A stretch of 63,655 bases of DNA, filler included, from Atractiella rhizophila (lineage: Eukaryota), in assembly GCA_021432655.1 (NCBI GenBank). It is 7 parts of 5 records of this genome, joined end to end, with 100 filler letters (N's around TTAATTAATTAA, not from the genome) between each part and the next. Parts side by side here need not be neighbours in the genome. Positions count along the whole stretch, not along the records: positions 51,799 to 63,655 come from MU271963.1; 6 more parts are not named here. The stretch is one strand, 5' to 3'. The position numbers and the translations under genes are program-made. The notes under the pieces were generated by a model. It was not told where the DNA came from. It saw only the letters and a list, made by a program, of their open reading frames with translations, and did not search any database. Shown one piece after another: positions 61,172 through 63,655 of the stretch (position 1 is the stretch's first letter; each line of letters starts with the position of its first letter).

Positions 61172-63121
61172 ATGCCTCCTCGACATAGTACCCGCTCGAC
61201 GCCTGATCCTCACTTCAACGCGACACATTCCGACCTTTATTATATTCAGGGTTACCAAGGAGAGCAGGCTTTATCTTCGTCAGTCGGGACTTCGACGAAG
61301 CGACATCTCCAACAAAATCACGATACGGTGGGCTCCATCGAGCTCAATGCCCATGACTTGGATCTGGAATCGCCAGCGGCTCCTCTTCTTGTTCCATCTA
61401 CGTCGGCTTCAGGTTCTAACCTCTCTCTTGCTTCCACCACGCCATCTTCTTCTTGGTGTACCTCTTCAAATGCAGAAAGTCCTTCTATTCATGGATCTCA
61501 GATCGGCACAGTCGACAATGAGGTCGAAGTCGACTACGATTATACGGAAGAAAGAAAGGCGTCGACCGCTACCGCTCGCCCTTTGAAGAAACCGAAATCC
61601 TCCCACGCAAGAAAGGTTCCGCCTAACCACATAAAACGTCCAAAAAACGCTTTCATACTCTATCGAAGCTGGTTCTGCTCTCAAGAAGGAATGTCGAAAG
61701 CTCACGGCGTTCATGACCATCGTGATATTTCCAGAATTGTTGGTCAGATGTGGAAACAACTTCCTGCGAGCGAGAAGAGGAGGTTTGAGGAAATGGCGGA
61801 GGAAGAGAAGGCGGAACACAAGCGGCTCTACCCTGACTACAAGTACAAGCCCGTGTATAAGAAGACTTTGGCGGACCAAGGCAGGAAACGGAAGAATAAG
61901 AGAGGCGCCGAGGAAGATTACGAGATCAACAGGAGATGCATGGAAATCGCGAATATCATTTCAGAAGAGTCGGTGGGGAACGATCCGGAGAGCTCAAATA
62001 GGGTTCGAGAGCGGGTGAAGAGAGAGGTGGGAGAGTTCCCATTGCCTGGTTCGCTACTTCTTCTGTCTTAAAAGTCCAGTACCAATACTTGGGTGTAGAA
62101 CGATTCGACAAACCTGGCGATATGGTGCACAACTTCGCTGATCCGACGTACTTCACTCCCCAAACAGCTTCGATGTCTGGGATGGACGACATCCCGGTCT
62201 CTGCGGTCGACTACGAAAATATGGAACAGAGCGTCACCAGTGTCGAGCAGCCGACAGCACGAGCGAAGCGAAGCCGGCAGGCCAAGACTTGGAACGTCGA
62301 TTCCGTTGTCGCGCAGGACTACCGCTTTCCCACAGCTCCAATGGAGCCAACGGATCCTACCGCTTACCAGTATCCAACTCCAACTCCAGATTACTCTCTC
62401 GCAAACGGGTGGTATCCAGGAACGTCCGCTGACATGACATCTCTCCTCCAAGCCACAGCCCAAAACTTCGCCGCCGTCACTTCTATCCCACCGACTGCTA
62501 CCACTGAGTCTGTTGCTCAGACCCTTCAGGCGTACAGTATCGTTGGACATCCTAATTGGAACGAGCTCCAGCTCCCTATGTCTACGAGCCACCTTTCCTC
62601 CGTTATTCCACCCTGTGCCACTATTCCTCCGTACGAATCATATCTACCCGCTCCACATCAACCTCAGGCGCAATACCCTGGCTTAAAGGAGCTTCCGTTG
62701 GTTGGACCTGCGGAAGGAGACAACAACCTCATGTTGCTCGACAACGACTGGGCCAACAGGAGAGAAAGTGTTGTGGAGTGGAATCGCGTTGTTCACATGA
62801 ATCTGGCGCAAGATGGAGGGAGTGTCTTTGGTATCGTCCCGAGACCAAGAGAGGATAGCTACGTGAGGCAAGAACGGGCAATGGATGAGGTGAGCCACTC
62901 TTTCGACTGCTTTCTGCTAAATTAACAAATGGAATGGAAATAGTTCCTCAACTATGAAAGCGTAGCTTCGCCAAGTTCCCGTCAATCCTTTGCGGTCCCT
63001 GACTTCTCACAATTCCCAACCCAGCAACTCGTCGTCAATGGTGAATCTAAAACCTACGTTTACTTGGATATGAAACAAGCACAAAATCCCTCTCTCGTCG
63101 AACAAATCATGGCTTCTGGCA
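61172..63121 (+). CDS. HMG-box transcription factor (SOX/MATA_HMG class); last exon lies in low-quality sequence
   Basis: HIKRPKNAFILYRS...ISRIVGQMWKQLPASEKRRFEEMAEEEKAEHKRLYPDYKYKP; introns near 62026, 62890 and 63122. Confidence 0.88.
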
Positions 63122-63655
63122 GTGCGTAAATTTTTCAACCGCGCAAGGGAACAATGAACTAAGTCAAAAAAGGGGGGGTGCCTTACAAAAAGAAGAACCC
63201 GAAAAAAAAAAAGGAACCGGAAGAAAAGCCCCCAAAACCCAAAACAAAAAAACAAGAACGACAGCATCACATTACAGTCAATGTCAATGTCACTCACACG
63301 CACTTCCTTCGGGTCGGCCGTGGGGCAATTCCCCAAAAAAAAAATCCGGCCAAAAAACCCTTCAATCAAAAAAGGTCCAAAAAGTTAAGAATCCGTTGGT
63401 TAAACTGGTCAAAAAGCGCAGTATTGCAGGTGAAGTTGTCTTCGTTTTCGTTTCAGTTGATCTACGATCTACTCTTTGTTCTCATGCTCTATTCCTTCCG
63501 CTCTGGAGAGGACTTTGTTCTGTTCAAATATTCCCAATCTTTGCTGTTATCCCCCACTTCGTTCTGAGATCCGTTTTGTTTGACATGATATCATAGCGCA
63601 AACATTCAACCACTTCAGTGTCAGTTATCAAGGAACTTACTTGATCTGTTGAGAA

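Noticed and set aside
63125..63420. Lys-rich, poly-A-rich ORF (63178-63567)
   Set aside because: Abrupt A and C homopolymer enrichment looks like low-quality base calls in the last HMG-gene exon, not a real separate protein.
1..63655. CRISPR arrays, tRNA/rRNA genes, intact transposases or reverse transcriptases
   Set aside because: None recognisable by eye. The many short antisense ORFs overlap real exons and are shadows.

Overview
Eukaryotic, intron-rich fungal genomic DNA. It looks basidiomycete (probably Pucciniomycotina-like; inferred from gene content and GTNCGT-type donors, not proven). The window is a concatenation of seven draft contigs joined by 100-nt artificial linkers (N44-TTAATTAATTAA-N44), plus one internal 545-N gap. 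Recognisable genes: two Ypk1/Gad8-like AGC kinases (one split across two contigs), V-ATPase subunit C, bleomycin hydrolase, Sgf11, a UPF0658 membrane protein, a STRAP-like WD40 protein, a Tos4/Plm2-like FHA protein, two tandem aldehyde-reductase-type SDRs, an OTU deubiquitinase, EMC2, a siderophore-type MFS transporter, an arrestin-like protein, an HMG-box factor and a family of intronless F-box/LRR-like genes. The most striking signal is a 2,114-nt block (18919-21032) that is mirror-reversed without complementation. Read backwards, it restores the missing 5' end of bleomycin hydrolase with a perfect junction and reveals a hidden LCCL-domain membrane protein gene that no six-frame translation shows. 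This is almost certainly a sequence-processing artefact. I found no convincing novel biological system. Other items worth checking are a small unlisted mitochondrial-type gene, several oversized introns, frequent AAG/GAG splice acceptors, a candidate GC-AG intron and transition-only divergence between duplicated F-box copies.
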